A stretch of DNA of 53,809 nucleotides from Alphaproteobacteria bacterium (GCA_030634465.1 DAOWAS010000002.1:1-53809); one strand, 5' to 3'. Numbered from the stretch's first letter, positions 19,201-25,372 are shown. Translations and numbers: made by a program. Notes: generated by a model from the sequence alone, not told the origin.

Positions 19201-21558
19201 GCGGGTAATACCAATTTAACATCAGGCGACATCACCCTAACCGATGTAACCTCTGAAACTATACTTGTTGAAAATTTGGGGGCATCTAACGGCGATGTAA
19301 TATTAAACGGTGTGTTATATGCAACAGAAGCAGCTGGCTTTACCACCCCACTTGTTGTGGCATCACTTGGTGGTAACTTTATAAACAACGTAGGTGCTGG
19401 TGCTTTGGTTGTTGAAGACACTGGCGAAGATTACAATCGTTGGCTTGTTTACAGTCAAAACCCAACAGACAACACCAATGGTGGTTTGGATGGTATTCAG
19501 TGGTATAACACAACGTATAATAGCGCTGCGCCAACCACGATTAATGATTTCACCGATAGTAATCGCTTTGTTTATACTCAAACAGCTACATTGTTAATAA
19601 CCGCAGACGATGTGAGCCGTGATTATGGTTTGGCTAACCCCACCTTTACCACCACAATAACTGGTTTTGTAAATGGTGAAACAGATGCGATAATGTCTGG
19701 CTCAGCGGCAACACCAACCACAACAGCAACTGCCACTACTAATGTGGGTACAGCTGTTATCACACCCGGGTATGGTAGCCTTAGTGACCGTTATAATTAC
19801 CAAGCGTCGCTGGTTAATGGCACACTAACAATCGACCCTGCCACTTTAACAGTAACAGCAGATGATGCCTCTCGTACTTATGGCGAGGCTAACCCAACAT
19901 TAACCTCAAGCATAACTGGTTTTATGAATGGGGAAACATCTTCTGTATTATCAGGTGCGGCTGGAACCCCATCAACAACAGCTACAGCCACAACTAATGC
20001 AGGCACAACGGCTATAACTATTGATACAGGTACACTTTCTGCAACTAACTATGTGTTCGTTGCAGCAGATGGCACCCTTACAATAAATAAAGCCACGCTA
20101 ACTGTTACGGTTGGTGATGAAACACGAGTTTATGGCGATGCCACCGAGATTTTTAATGTGAATGTTACAGGTTTTGTTAATGGCGAAGATATATCTGTAG
20201 CTTCTAACTTAACACTTTCATCCAATGCAACAGCAACGTCAGATGTAGGCACATATGCTTTAAGTGGTTCAGATGCTACCGCCGACAATTATACATTTAC
20301 CTATGTTGATGGTGCCTTAACCATAACCAAAGCACGGTTAACAATTGTTGGTGCAGACGCGACCTCCACTTACGGAACAGTTCGCACTGATTATGATTAT
20401 AGTGTTACTGGGTTCTTAAATGGTGATGATGCTTCTGTAATAACTGGCGCGGTAATATTTGATTTAGATCCAAATTATAGCGCAACGTCGGCAGCAGGAT
20501 CACAGTTTGAAATAGATACAAATGCTTTAGGTCTAGCATCAACCAATTACACCTTCACTGGGGTTGATTTGATATTAACCGTTGAGAAAGCACCATTGAC
20601 CGTAACCTTAGGCGACGATAGTAAAACATACGATGGTTTGGCCTACAGCGGTGGTAACGGTATAACTTACACAGGCTTAGCTAATGGCGAAACCGAGGCA
20701 GTGCTTGGTGATGTGCTATCATTTGGTGGCACAGCGCAAGGTTCTGTTAATGCGGGTACATATACAATTACCCTTGAGGGCTTAACCTCAACCAACTACA
20801 CCATAACCTTTGTTGATGGTGCCTTAACCACCGACAAGGCGGCTTTAAGCGTTACAGCTAATGATGATAGCAAAATTGCTGATGGCGTTGCCTATAGCGG
20901 TGGTAACGGTGTTGTTTACGCAGGCTTTGTAAACAGCGAAACTGATACTGTATTGGGTGGAGATGTAACATATAGCGGCACCTCACAAGGTGCAGTTGAC
21001 GCAGACACATATGTAATTACACCTGAGGGTCAAACCTCTGATAATTACACCATAACCTATGTTGATGGCACCTTAACCATTGAAGCTGGTGCTGGCGGCG
21101 ATGGCGGTGACGGTGGTTCAGACGACCCTGCTGATCCTGTTAATGACCCTGTGCCACCTGCGCCTCCTGTAAGCGACCCACCTGTTGATACTTCAACAGA
21201 TAGTTTGCCAGATAACTCACCTGCACCAACAGCTCAGGTTGTTAGCTCTGGCAGTGTTTTGGTTGTGGCTAACGCTGTTACAGAAGAAATAACTATCACC
21301 TCAAATGTGATAAGTGTTGAGCTTCCAGACGGTATATTTGACCATGAGGACGACACAGCTACATATACAGTAACAGCGACATTGCCAAATGGTGAGCCGT
21401 TACCTGAATGGTTGTCATATGATGCCGAGACCAATACATTAACTGGTGTTGTTCCTGAGGGCTTCTCAGGTGAGATTGACGTATTGCTAACCGCTGAAGA
21501 TGCACAGCAAAATACAGCACAGACAGTTGTTAAAATTAATGTAACCTCAGAAGGTTGA
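13300..21558 (+). CDS. Giant TpsA exoprotein (2752 aa): TPS/haemagglutination-activity domain, beta-helix, 18 FG-GAP-type blades, beta-helix, 6 MBG-type repeats, Pro-rich linker, cadherin/Ig-like C-terminal domain
   Basis: Sec signal peptide. TPS motifs are INQNSLKAIINWDSFSVGEAGSVVFNQ...LNRVTGDGVSNILGSI...FLINRNGIIFG. The blade consensus FG.SVALDG..LAVGA..DDG.G.G....GAVYLYSF occurs 18 times. The MBG-like unit (TLTVTADDASRTYGEANP...NY.F...DGTLTI) occurs 6 times. The tail is TATLPNGEPLPEWLSYDAETNTLTGVVPEGFSGEIDV. Confidence 0.9.
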   Translation: MTLSNKKYLRLSTGLGLVMALAVVTANYTQAADTKPEDGEVVRGEATIDYNGLNTTINQNSLKAIINWDSFSVGEAGSVVFNQTGADAVTLNRVTGDGVSNILGSITAPGHVFLINRNGIIFGEGSTINVGGLVASTFDISDNNFWSGNYLFDKAGVASASVENFGSITIKEGGLAAFVAPYVANSGVINARLGSVSLGASETGFALDFYGDGLIKFVVQEETQARLGLGEDSLVGVDVSGSILADGGIVAITADVAREVVSDILTIGGEIRANSIEEREGKIILSGPDNGRIRMSEDATLDASGTHGGSIEVDGDVVLLDGVLDASGDAAEYNDALSYLYGIGAQQSIIDTVLARANGGNISVNSNWFSLGGVLDVSGANGGNIDINVGGFSNTGVSLAIGQQGGGGNISFDVDTTVLEFNMAYTDASGLVDGGSISMLAGHQITSSGTYVADGLLGNGGNIDVSASVTKSLSARYGARGGIDGGRIRFGGEFQGGKNLAEGTDELANADVTIVSSGSLFDVTGGGTDGIGGGEVIIWSDDKTIFQGLITGDGAFVEVSSAGDLEFVGDVEIGDGELLLDPKNLIITELFGTPSLSLILGYQYSDVQQEAGTWIESFDNFGVRVALDGDHLAVGAMMDKGADNATSSAGAVYLFTFIAGDMSQPVLSAIIGADYTGGNNIDNTSIEAGDTFGYGLALEGNKLAVGAANDDGFGNGAIFSGAVYLYTFTDNFNSITEVAVIGSGYTVGENVDVGPLDLGDAFGTNIGLSGNLLAIGASGDDGNANGLTDSGAVYLFSFTGDFTSITQQAIIGSGYAGTNDLDHTGLEASDRFGSAVALDGTLLAAGSPSDDGSGNGVSAAGAVYLYSFTGNFTSITQQAIIGADYAGTNDVDNTALEINDFFGSSIALDGTHLAISATGDDGSGNGVSGSGAVYLYSFAGDFTSITQQAIIGADYTSGNNVDNHHLDGDAFGRSLALDGGRLVVGTFSDDGADNSSTDSGAVYLYSYTGDFTNITHEDTIGYGYATDISLDVDDYFGRSLALRGSLLAVGASGDDGIGNATTYAGAVYLFTFIGSDLTNPILSGIIGQGYTGGNNVDNTALASGDVFGAAVALDGNHLAVGATGDDGSGNGVPTSGAVYLYSFTDNFKAITLEAIIGADYAGTNDLDNTSLQPSDQFGVSVALDGTHLAVGAFSDDGSADDVLTGGAVYLYSFTGDFTSITQQAIIGSDYSGGNNFDVASIESSDYFGSSVALDGTLLAVGAWRDSGIYSSAYGAVYLFSFTGDFTGITQEAIIGQGYSGGNNVNNNWLGDQDQFGYSVALDGNLLAVGAPSDDGYTGGWNNGKVYLYSFTGNFTSITLESHVGWNFTGTNDVHNSSLEYSDKFGSAIALDGTNLVISAKDDDGGDNSVENSGAVYLYSFTGNFTDITWQETLGHGQEINFDLGVGDRFGSSVALDGKHLAVGVSSDDGVGDGVPSVGAVYLYTFLGDDLKNPILSAIIGDGYSGGNNIDNTSLGFADIFGASVALEGDLLAVGAVGDDGSADGVTDAGAVYLYSFTGDFSYITERAIIGSGYTNSGDVDNTALGASDYFGRSVALDGSLLAVGADGDDGAADGVSDAGALYIYSFSGNFASLNQEMVIGSGYSGANAVDNTSLEAGDQFGYSVALDSPLIAVGAISDDGSFDDTPNAGAVYLYSYINDLTTITQRAIIGVDYSGGNNIDNTAIQSADRFGYSVALDGTHLGVGAPLDDGFNNNVSNSGSVYLYSFAGSFNALSLEATIGADYTGGNNVDETFVEANDEFGRSISLDGNNLAVGAMGDDGSDNSLLTMGAVYLYENVFAPVTGATGWNFADDTGATSIVDVNQITDILNAGTNVTLQASNDITLNTDLIVANLSGYGGTLTLQSGRSILINGNVTTDHGSLTFVANDIAANGVVNADRDAGAAAITMASGTSIDTGTGAFKATLSTGAGNTNLTSGDITLTDVTSETILVENLGASNGDVILNGVLYATEAAGFTTPLVVASLGGNFINNVGAGALVVEDTGEDYNRWLVYSQNPTDNTNGGLDGIQWYNTTYNSAAPTTINDFTDSNRFVYTQTATLLITADDVSRDYGLANPTFTTTITGFVNGETDAIMSGSAATPTTTATATTNVGTAVITPGYGSLSDRYNYQASLVNGTLTIDPATLTVTADDASRTYGEANPTLTSSITGFMNGETSSVLSGAAGTPSTTATATTNAGTTAITIDTGTLSATNYVFVAADGTLTINKATLTVTVGDETRVYGDATEIFNVNVTGFVNGEDISVASNLTLSSNATATSDVGTYALSGSDATADNYTFTYVDGALTITKARLTIVGADATSTYGTVRTDYDYSVTGFLNGDDASVITGAVIFDLDPNYSATSAAGSQFEIDTNALGLASTNYTFTGVDLILTVEKAPLTVTLGDDSKTYDGLAYSGGNGITYTGLANGETEAVLGDVLSFGGTAQGSVNAGTYTITLEGLTSTNYTITFVDGALTTDKAALSVTANDDSKIADGVAYSGGNGVVYAGFVNSETDTVLGGDVTYSGTSQGAVDADTYVITPEGQTSDNYTITYVDGTLTIEAGAGGDGGDGGSDDPADPVNDPVPPAPPVSDPPVDTSTDSLPDNSPAPTAQVVSSGSVLVVANAVTEEITITSNVISVELPDGIFDHEDDTATYTVTATLPNGEPLPEWLSYDAETNTLTGVVPEGFSGEIDVLLTAEDAQQNTAQTVVKINVTSEG
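15100..18804 (+). repeat. In-frame array of 18 FG-GAP-type units (~64-70 codons each) with a 6-unit higher-order period
   Basis: I counted 18 (A/K/S)(V/L)Y(L/I)(Y/F) cores. Variant short-linker blades start at nt 15100, 16360 and 17599. Neighbouring units share long near-identical DNA: 15913-15954 vs 16123-16164 is 40/42 identical. Confidence 0.85.
19585..21084 (+). repeat. Six tandem MBG-type (YG-containing) domain repeats, ~83 codons each
   Basis: Each unit opens A(T/A/P/R)L(T/S)(V/I)T..D.S(R/K).YG (YDG or ADG in the last two units) and closes NY.(F/I).(Y/F)VDG.LT(I/T). Confidence 0.7.
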
Positions 21559-21583
21559 TATAAAAAAACTAAAGGAAATAAAA

Positions 21584-22099
21584 ATGAGACATGCCGTTTT
21601 ATTGGGTCTAGCTTTGAGTTTTTACCCAACATTCAGTGCTAATGCACAAGAAAGTACAAGCTACACTTATGGTGACTGGAAAGTTACATGTGTTGAACGT
21701 GAAAATGCGTTGCCATGTGAAATGACACAAAGCTTAATCGACAGTACATCTGGTCAAACTGTAACACATTTTTCACTAGCTTATTCACCCGTTGATGAAG
21801 CTTATGCCATACAAATATCAGTACCCCTAGGCGTTAAGCTAGAGGGCGGCATGGTTATAAAAGCAGGGGAAACAGTTGTTGAGGGCATACGCTTCTCTCG
21901 TTGTTTGCCAGGCGGTTGCTTAATTGAAGCAAAACTGGAAGACCCATTGTTAGGAGCCATGTCAGCTGGTGGTGAGGCCGCAATTGCAGTGGTTGATGCA
22001 TCAGGGCAGGCAGTTTCGTTGCCATACTCACTAAACGGCTTCGCTGATGCTAAAGCACAACTGGTGAAAGAGACCACCACCCGCATGCCTCAGAACTAA
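21584..22099 (+). CDS. Invasion-associated locus B (IalB)-family periplasmic protein
   Basis: 171 aa. Signal peptide ...FSANAQE. YGDWKVTCVE...LPCEMTQSL...FSLAY...V.EGIRFSRCLPGGCLIEA is the IalB pattern. It starts 25 nt after the tpsA stop, with an AAGGAA SD. Confidence 0.75.
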   Translation: MRHAVLLGLALSFYPTFSANAQESTSYTYGDWKVTCVERENALPCEMTQSLIDSTSGQTVTHFSLAYSPVDEAYAIQISVPLGVKLEGGMVIKAGETVVEGIRFSRCLPGGCLIEAKLEDPLLGAMSAGGEAAIAVVDASGQAVSLPYSLNGFADAKAQLVKETTTRMPQN

Positions 22100-22133
22100 T
22101 CTAATTATTTAGAACAACATTCAAGAAAGAAAA

Positions 22134-22257
22134 TGGTGATCCCGAGTGGATTTACCATCGCTTTGCTCTGTTGCCTTGGTGCTGTTTCGAAATGCAATGC
22201 ATTTCTGCACCATTTTTGTTCTTGCGGTCGAACCTGTTTATTCCACAGATTCAAATC
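22134..22257. repeat. Structured repeat, copy 2
   Basis: TGGTGATCCCGAGTGGATTT matches the 3' end of the tRNA gene (plus-strand TGGTGATCCCGACAGGATTT) at 18/20 positions. Hairpin GGTGC(22178-22182)/GCACC(22207-22211) encloses GAAATGCAATGCATTTC, then ATTTTTGTT and TGCGGTCGAACCTGT. Confidence 0.8.
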
Positions 22258-22302
22258 AGCGTTCCATCCATTCACTTTATTCTCCAAAGGGAATGCAGCG
22301 AG

Positions 22303-22425
22303 TGGTGATCCCGAGTGGATTTACTGTTTCGCGCTATGCGCTCACATTACCTTGGTGCTATTTCGAAATGCTGTGCATTTCTGCACCTGCGGTCGAACTT
22401 CTTTATTCCACAGCTTCAAATTCAC
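22303..22425. repeat. Structured repeat, copy 3 (tandem to copy 2, 169 nt offset)
   Basis: Same 20-nt tRNA-end look-alike. Hairpin GGTGC(22354-22358)/GCACC(22383-22387) encloses GAAATGCTGTGCATTTC. The T-run is deleted, and TGCGGTCGAACTTCT is conserved. Confidence 0.8.
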
Positions 22426-22434
22426 TTCTGGTTA

Positions 22435-22461
22435 CCAAACAAAAACCCGCCAATGGCGGGC
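22435..22461 (-). terminator. Rho-independent terminator of tRNA-Arg
   Basis: The minus strand reads GCCCGCC-ATT-GGCGGG followed by TTTTTGTTTGG, starting 8 nt after the tRNA 3' end. Confidence 0.75.
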
Positions 22462-22468
22462 TTGTGTT

Positions 22469-22545
22469 TGGTGATCCCGACAGGATTTGAACCTGTGGCC
22501 TCAAGATTAGGAATCTTGCGCTCTATCCAACTGAGCTACGGGACC
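22469..22545 (-). tRNA. tRNA-Arg (anticodon CCT), CCA encoded
   Basis: 77 nt: GGTCCCG TA GCTC AGTTGGATA GAGC G CAAGA TTCCTAA TCTTG AGGCC ACAGG TTCAAAT CCTGT CGGGATC A CCA. All four stems pair (one G-T in the acceptor stem). The anticodon loop TT-CCT-AA gives CCT. Confidence 0.93.
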
Positions 22546-22682
22546 ATGTTGTTGTGGTTATTAACATACGAATTTACGCTTCTCAATGTTGAACTGAAAA
22601 AGGGGCTTTTCCTGTTTTTGTTGAGCTTTTGTTTAGGTTGTATATTATCTAAGGTTGTAATTAGAATTTTTTAGGGGGTGTT

Positions 22683-22955
22683 ATGAAAAGCCGAAAAGAA
22701 AAACTTGAGGGTGTTATTGCAAAGGGGAAGTGGCACTTTGTATTTTGGCGGGGTATGGTTTTTTGGGGTCTTAGCACAGCAATTTCAGTTAAAGTTGTCA
22801 TTTATTTTATAAGCGGCACCCCGTTTCTTGAAGATATATGGGTTTGGATATTCACTTTCACCCTAATGGGTGGCCCGCTTTTTGGGTTGTTTATGTGGCC
22901 AATAATCAATCGTCAGTATGAAAAGCTGAAGCACAAAGAAAATATGCCTGAGTAG
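22683..22955 (+). CDS. Small membrane protein (2 predicted TM helices), hypothetical
   Basis: 90 aa with an AGGGGG SD 5 nt upstream. Hydrophobic stretches are VFWRGMVFWGLSTAISVKVVIYFI and IWVWIFTFTLMGGPLFGLFMWPII. Confidence 0.55.
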   Translation: MKSRKEKLEGVIAKGKWHFVFWRGMVFWGLSTAISVKVVIYFISGTPFLEDIWVWIFTFTLMGGPLFGLFMWPIINRQYEKLKHKENMPE

Positions 22956-22968
22956 TTAGAAGGTCAGC

Positions 22969-23775
22969 GTGATAAGTAAGTTTTTCATTATAGTTTTGCT
23001 TTTTTGTTTGTTCTTTACGCCATTTGTTGCTGTGGCGCAGGGGCTATCAAACCAACCTGCCCACATGACAAAAACTGTTAGTGAAATTATGCCTGATGGC
23101 ACGCTGGTTTTAGAAGGCGGCAGTGAAATTATATTGTCGGGCATTCGCTGGTGGACACTCTTTGGTGGTGATGGGAACACATATGCCAGCCCAAAAGATT
23201 TGTTAGAAAAATATATCAGTGACATGCCTGTAAATATTTATCTAGAGCCAATGCCAAAAGACAGATATGGCCGTGTTTCAGCACTGGTTGTAACAAGTGA
23301 TGGCGTGTTGATACAACAAGACCTGTTGCAAACAGGTCAAGCAATGTTTTGGCCTAACAGTGCCCAAAATGAAATGCTGCGTGAAGCAGAAACCCAAGCA
23401 AGGAATGATGGTGTAGGTCGTTGGGGTTGGCCATCAGGCGTGGTTAAATGCCACAATTGGGACGGATTTTGGACTGAGGGAATGGCAATTGTTAAGGGCA
23501 GGGTGAAAGAGGTAAGGGAATTTGATAGCGTTACCTATATTAATTTTGGCGAGGTGTGGTGGCAGGACTTTACCATAAAAATAAACAATCGCTGGGCTAG
23601 AGAAAACAGTTTTGATGCGCACAGTATCGAGGGGCAAGAGGTTGAGGTGCGTGGCTGGTTGTTCTGGCAGGGTGGCCCGCAAATATTGTTGGAGCATAAG
23701 GCACAAATAACCCCCCAAAGTGAGGGGGGTCAAAGTGATTGGGCTGCATGTCCATCCTTAGTGGAGGCTTCTTAA
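22969..23775 (+). CDS. Secreted thermonuclease (SNase)-like protein with extra C-terminal domain
   Basis: GTG start and a signal peptide ...FVAVAQG. RYGRVSALVVTSDGVLIQQDLLQTGQAMFWP...EAETQARNDGVGRW resembles the staphylococcal-nuclease fold. Confidence 0.65.
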   Translation: MISKFFIIVLLFCLFFTPFVAVAQGLSNQPAHMTKTVSEIMPDGTLVLEGGSEIILSGIRWWTLFGGDGNTYASPKDLLEKYISDMPVNIYLEPMPKDRYGRVSALVVTSDGVLIQQDLLQTGQAMFWPNSAQNEMLREAETQARNDGVGRWGWPSGVVKCHNWDGFWTEGMAIVKGRVKEVREFDSVTYINFGEVWWQDFTIKINNRWARENSFDAHSIEGQEVEVRGWLFWQGGPQILLEHKAQITPQSEGGQSDWAACPSLVEAS

Positions 23776-23793
23776 GCGAAGTGTGCCTGATTG

Positions 23794-24681
23794 TTAAATT
23801 AGCATGGTATAATCTGCTAAATTGTCAGTGCCCAATTGATTTATAATTGCTTTTTTAAGCTTTGCCATGGCTTGAGCTTCTAATTGGCGTACGCGTTCTT
23901 TGCTTACGCCAAGTTTTTCGCCAATTGCGGCCAAAGTTTCGCTACTTTCTGCAAGACGGCGTTCCTGAATAATTTTTAATTCACGTTCATCTAGACAAGT
24001 AAGTGCCTGTGCTATTAATTGTGAGCGCACGTTGCTGTCGTGGTTTTTTTGTACGTGTGCCTCAGGGGTTGGGTCGTTATCCACAAGGTTATCTTGCCAT
24101 TCAGTACCAGCCTCATCGGTAACCGATACGTTTAAAGAGTAGTCACCTGTGAACATGCGGCTTTCCATAGTAGCAACGTCTTTTTCTCTAACGCCCAGTT
24201 CTTTGGCAATAATTTTAATGCTTTCAGGCTTTAAAGTTTCGTCACTTACAGAAACCAGTTTTGCTCTGGTGCGGCGCAAACTAAAAAACAGCTTTTTATG
24301 GGCGGCAGTTGTGCCAGTGCGAACAATGGACCAATTGCGTAAAACATAATCCTGAATTGTGGCGCGTACCCACCAGTTGGCATAAGTTGAAAAGCGCAAG
24401 TTTCTTGCAGGTTCAAACTTTTCTGCGGCTATTAACAGGCCCACAGTTCCTTCCTGAATAAGGTCGGTGCGTGGCAAGCCATAGTTTTTAAACTTGTTTG
24501 CAATGGATATTGCTAATCTCATGTATGAGCTTGTTAATTCAGCCAAGGCGGCTTCATCTTTATTTTTCTGCCAGCGAATTGCGAGATCTAGCTCATGCTC
24601 TTTTTCCAGCATTGGGGCTTTAATTGCTTTATCAAAAATTTGACGACTTGTTTCTGTCAATTGTTCTTGTGCTGATCTCAT
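23794..24681 (-). CDS. rpoH: RNA polymerase sigma-32 heat-shock factor
   Basis: Regions 2-4 are present: LIQEGTVGLLIAAEKFEP, FSTYANWWVRATIQDYVL. The RpoH box is RTGTTAAHKKLFFSLRR. 295 aa. Confidence 0.9.
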   Translation of the reverse strand: MRSAQEQLTETSRQIFDKAIKAPMLEKEHELDLAIRWQKNKDEAALAELTSSYMRLAISIANKFKNYGLPRTDLIQEGTVGLLIAAEKFEPARNLRFSTYANWWVRATIQDYVLRNWSIVRTGTTAAHKKLFFSLRRTRAKLVSVSDETLKPESIKIIAKELGVREKDVATMESRMFTGDYSLNVSVTDEAGTEWQDNLVDNDPTPEAHVQKNHDSNVRSQLIAQALTCLDERELKIIQERRLAESSETLAAIGEKLGVSKERVRQLEAQAMAKLKKAIINQLGTDNLADYTMLI

Positions 24682-24813
24682 TTTGAAATTCCCTACAAAT
24701 GTTAGGCAAAATAATTTTTGCTCAACTTGTAGGGGTAGTGTTGAATTTCAATGTTAAACTTTTGTGACACTTTTATGTTTGTTTTCGTAAGATTGCATTT
24801 GCATGTTTGTGCC

Positions 24814-24843
24814 ATAAAAAAAGCCCGACGGTTAAGTCGGGCT
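24814..24843 (-). terminator. Rho-independent terminator downstream of carD
   Basis: 8-bp stem AGCCCGAC(24822-24829)/GTCGGGCT(24836-24843) with a 6-nt loop. On the minus strand it is followed by TTTTTTTA. Confidence 0.8.
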
Positions 24844-24868
24844 TTCTATAAAACTTATTTGTATCTGC

Positions 24869-25372
24869 TTATGCGGCGTATAGAACTTTTTCCAAACGCT
24901 CTATAGCTTCGTTTTCCTCAATGTCTTCAACGGCGGCAAGCTCACGAGCCAAACGACCAATTGCAGATTCGTATATCTGTCTTTCGGAATAAGATTGTTC
25001 TGGCTGATCACCCTTTCTATGCAGGTCACGAACAACTTCTGCGATAGATATCAGATCACCTGAATTTATTTTTGCTTCATATTCCTGAGCGCGTCTGCTC
25101 CACATTGTTCTTTTAATACGCGCTTTGCCCTTTAGAGTTGTAAAGGCATTTTCCACTGTGTCTGGGTTTGCCAGTTTTCTCATGCCTGTAATTTCGGCTT
25201 TGTTAATGGGAACGCGCAGGGTCATTTTCTCTTTTTCAAACTTTATCACATATAGTTCCAGTGAAATGCCTGAGAAGATTTGGGTTTCAATGGCGACAAC
25301 ACGCCCAACACCATGTTTTGGATAAACAACATGAGTGCCAATTTTAAACTGTTTTTTTGTGCTTTTTGTCAT
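24869..25372 (-). CDS. carD: CarD/CdnL-family RNA-polymerase-binding transcription factor
   Basis: FKIGTHVVYPKHGVGRVVAIE...LELYVIKFEKEKMTLRVPINKA...GMRKL, plus the C-terminal ...YESAIGRLARELA. 167 aa. Confidence 0.88.
   Translation of the reverse strand: MTKSTKKQFKIGTHVVYPKHGVGRVVAIETQIFSGISLELYVIKFEKEKMTLRVPINKAEITGMRKLANPDTVENAFTTLKGKARIKRTMWSRRAQEYEAKINSGDLISIAEVVRDLHRKGDQPEQSYSERQIYESAIGRLARELAAVEDIEENEAIERLEKVLYAA

Noticed and set aside
13300-21558. The TPS locus as a CdiBAI contact-dependent inhibition system.
   Set aside because: No VENN-type pre-toxin motif, no toxin-like C-terminus and no immunity-sized ORF downstream. The C-terminus is made of repeat and Ig/cadherin-like domains.
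7603-22425. The repeat copies as pieces of a permuted two-piece tmRNA (minus strand contains GGTTCGACC and ends in ACCA).
   Set aside because: There are three copies. No tag-peptide reading frame or resume codon is present. No 5' acceptor strand (GATCCCG or GGTCCCG) is positioned to pair with the CGGGATC tail. Copy 1 has a different tail (CCGTGATC).
22133-22674. Three overlapping plus-strand ORFs of 113-119 aa (22133-22474, 22146-22490, 22315-22674).
   Set aside because: They run through the two tandem structured repeats, the tRNA terminator and the tRNA-Arg gene itself. Their similarity to each other is just the DNA repeat read in frame. None has an SD.
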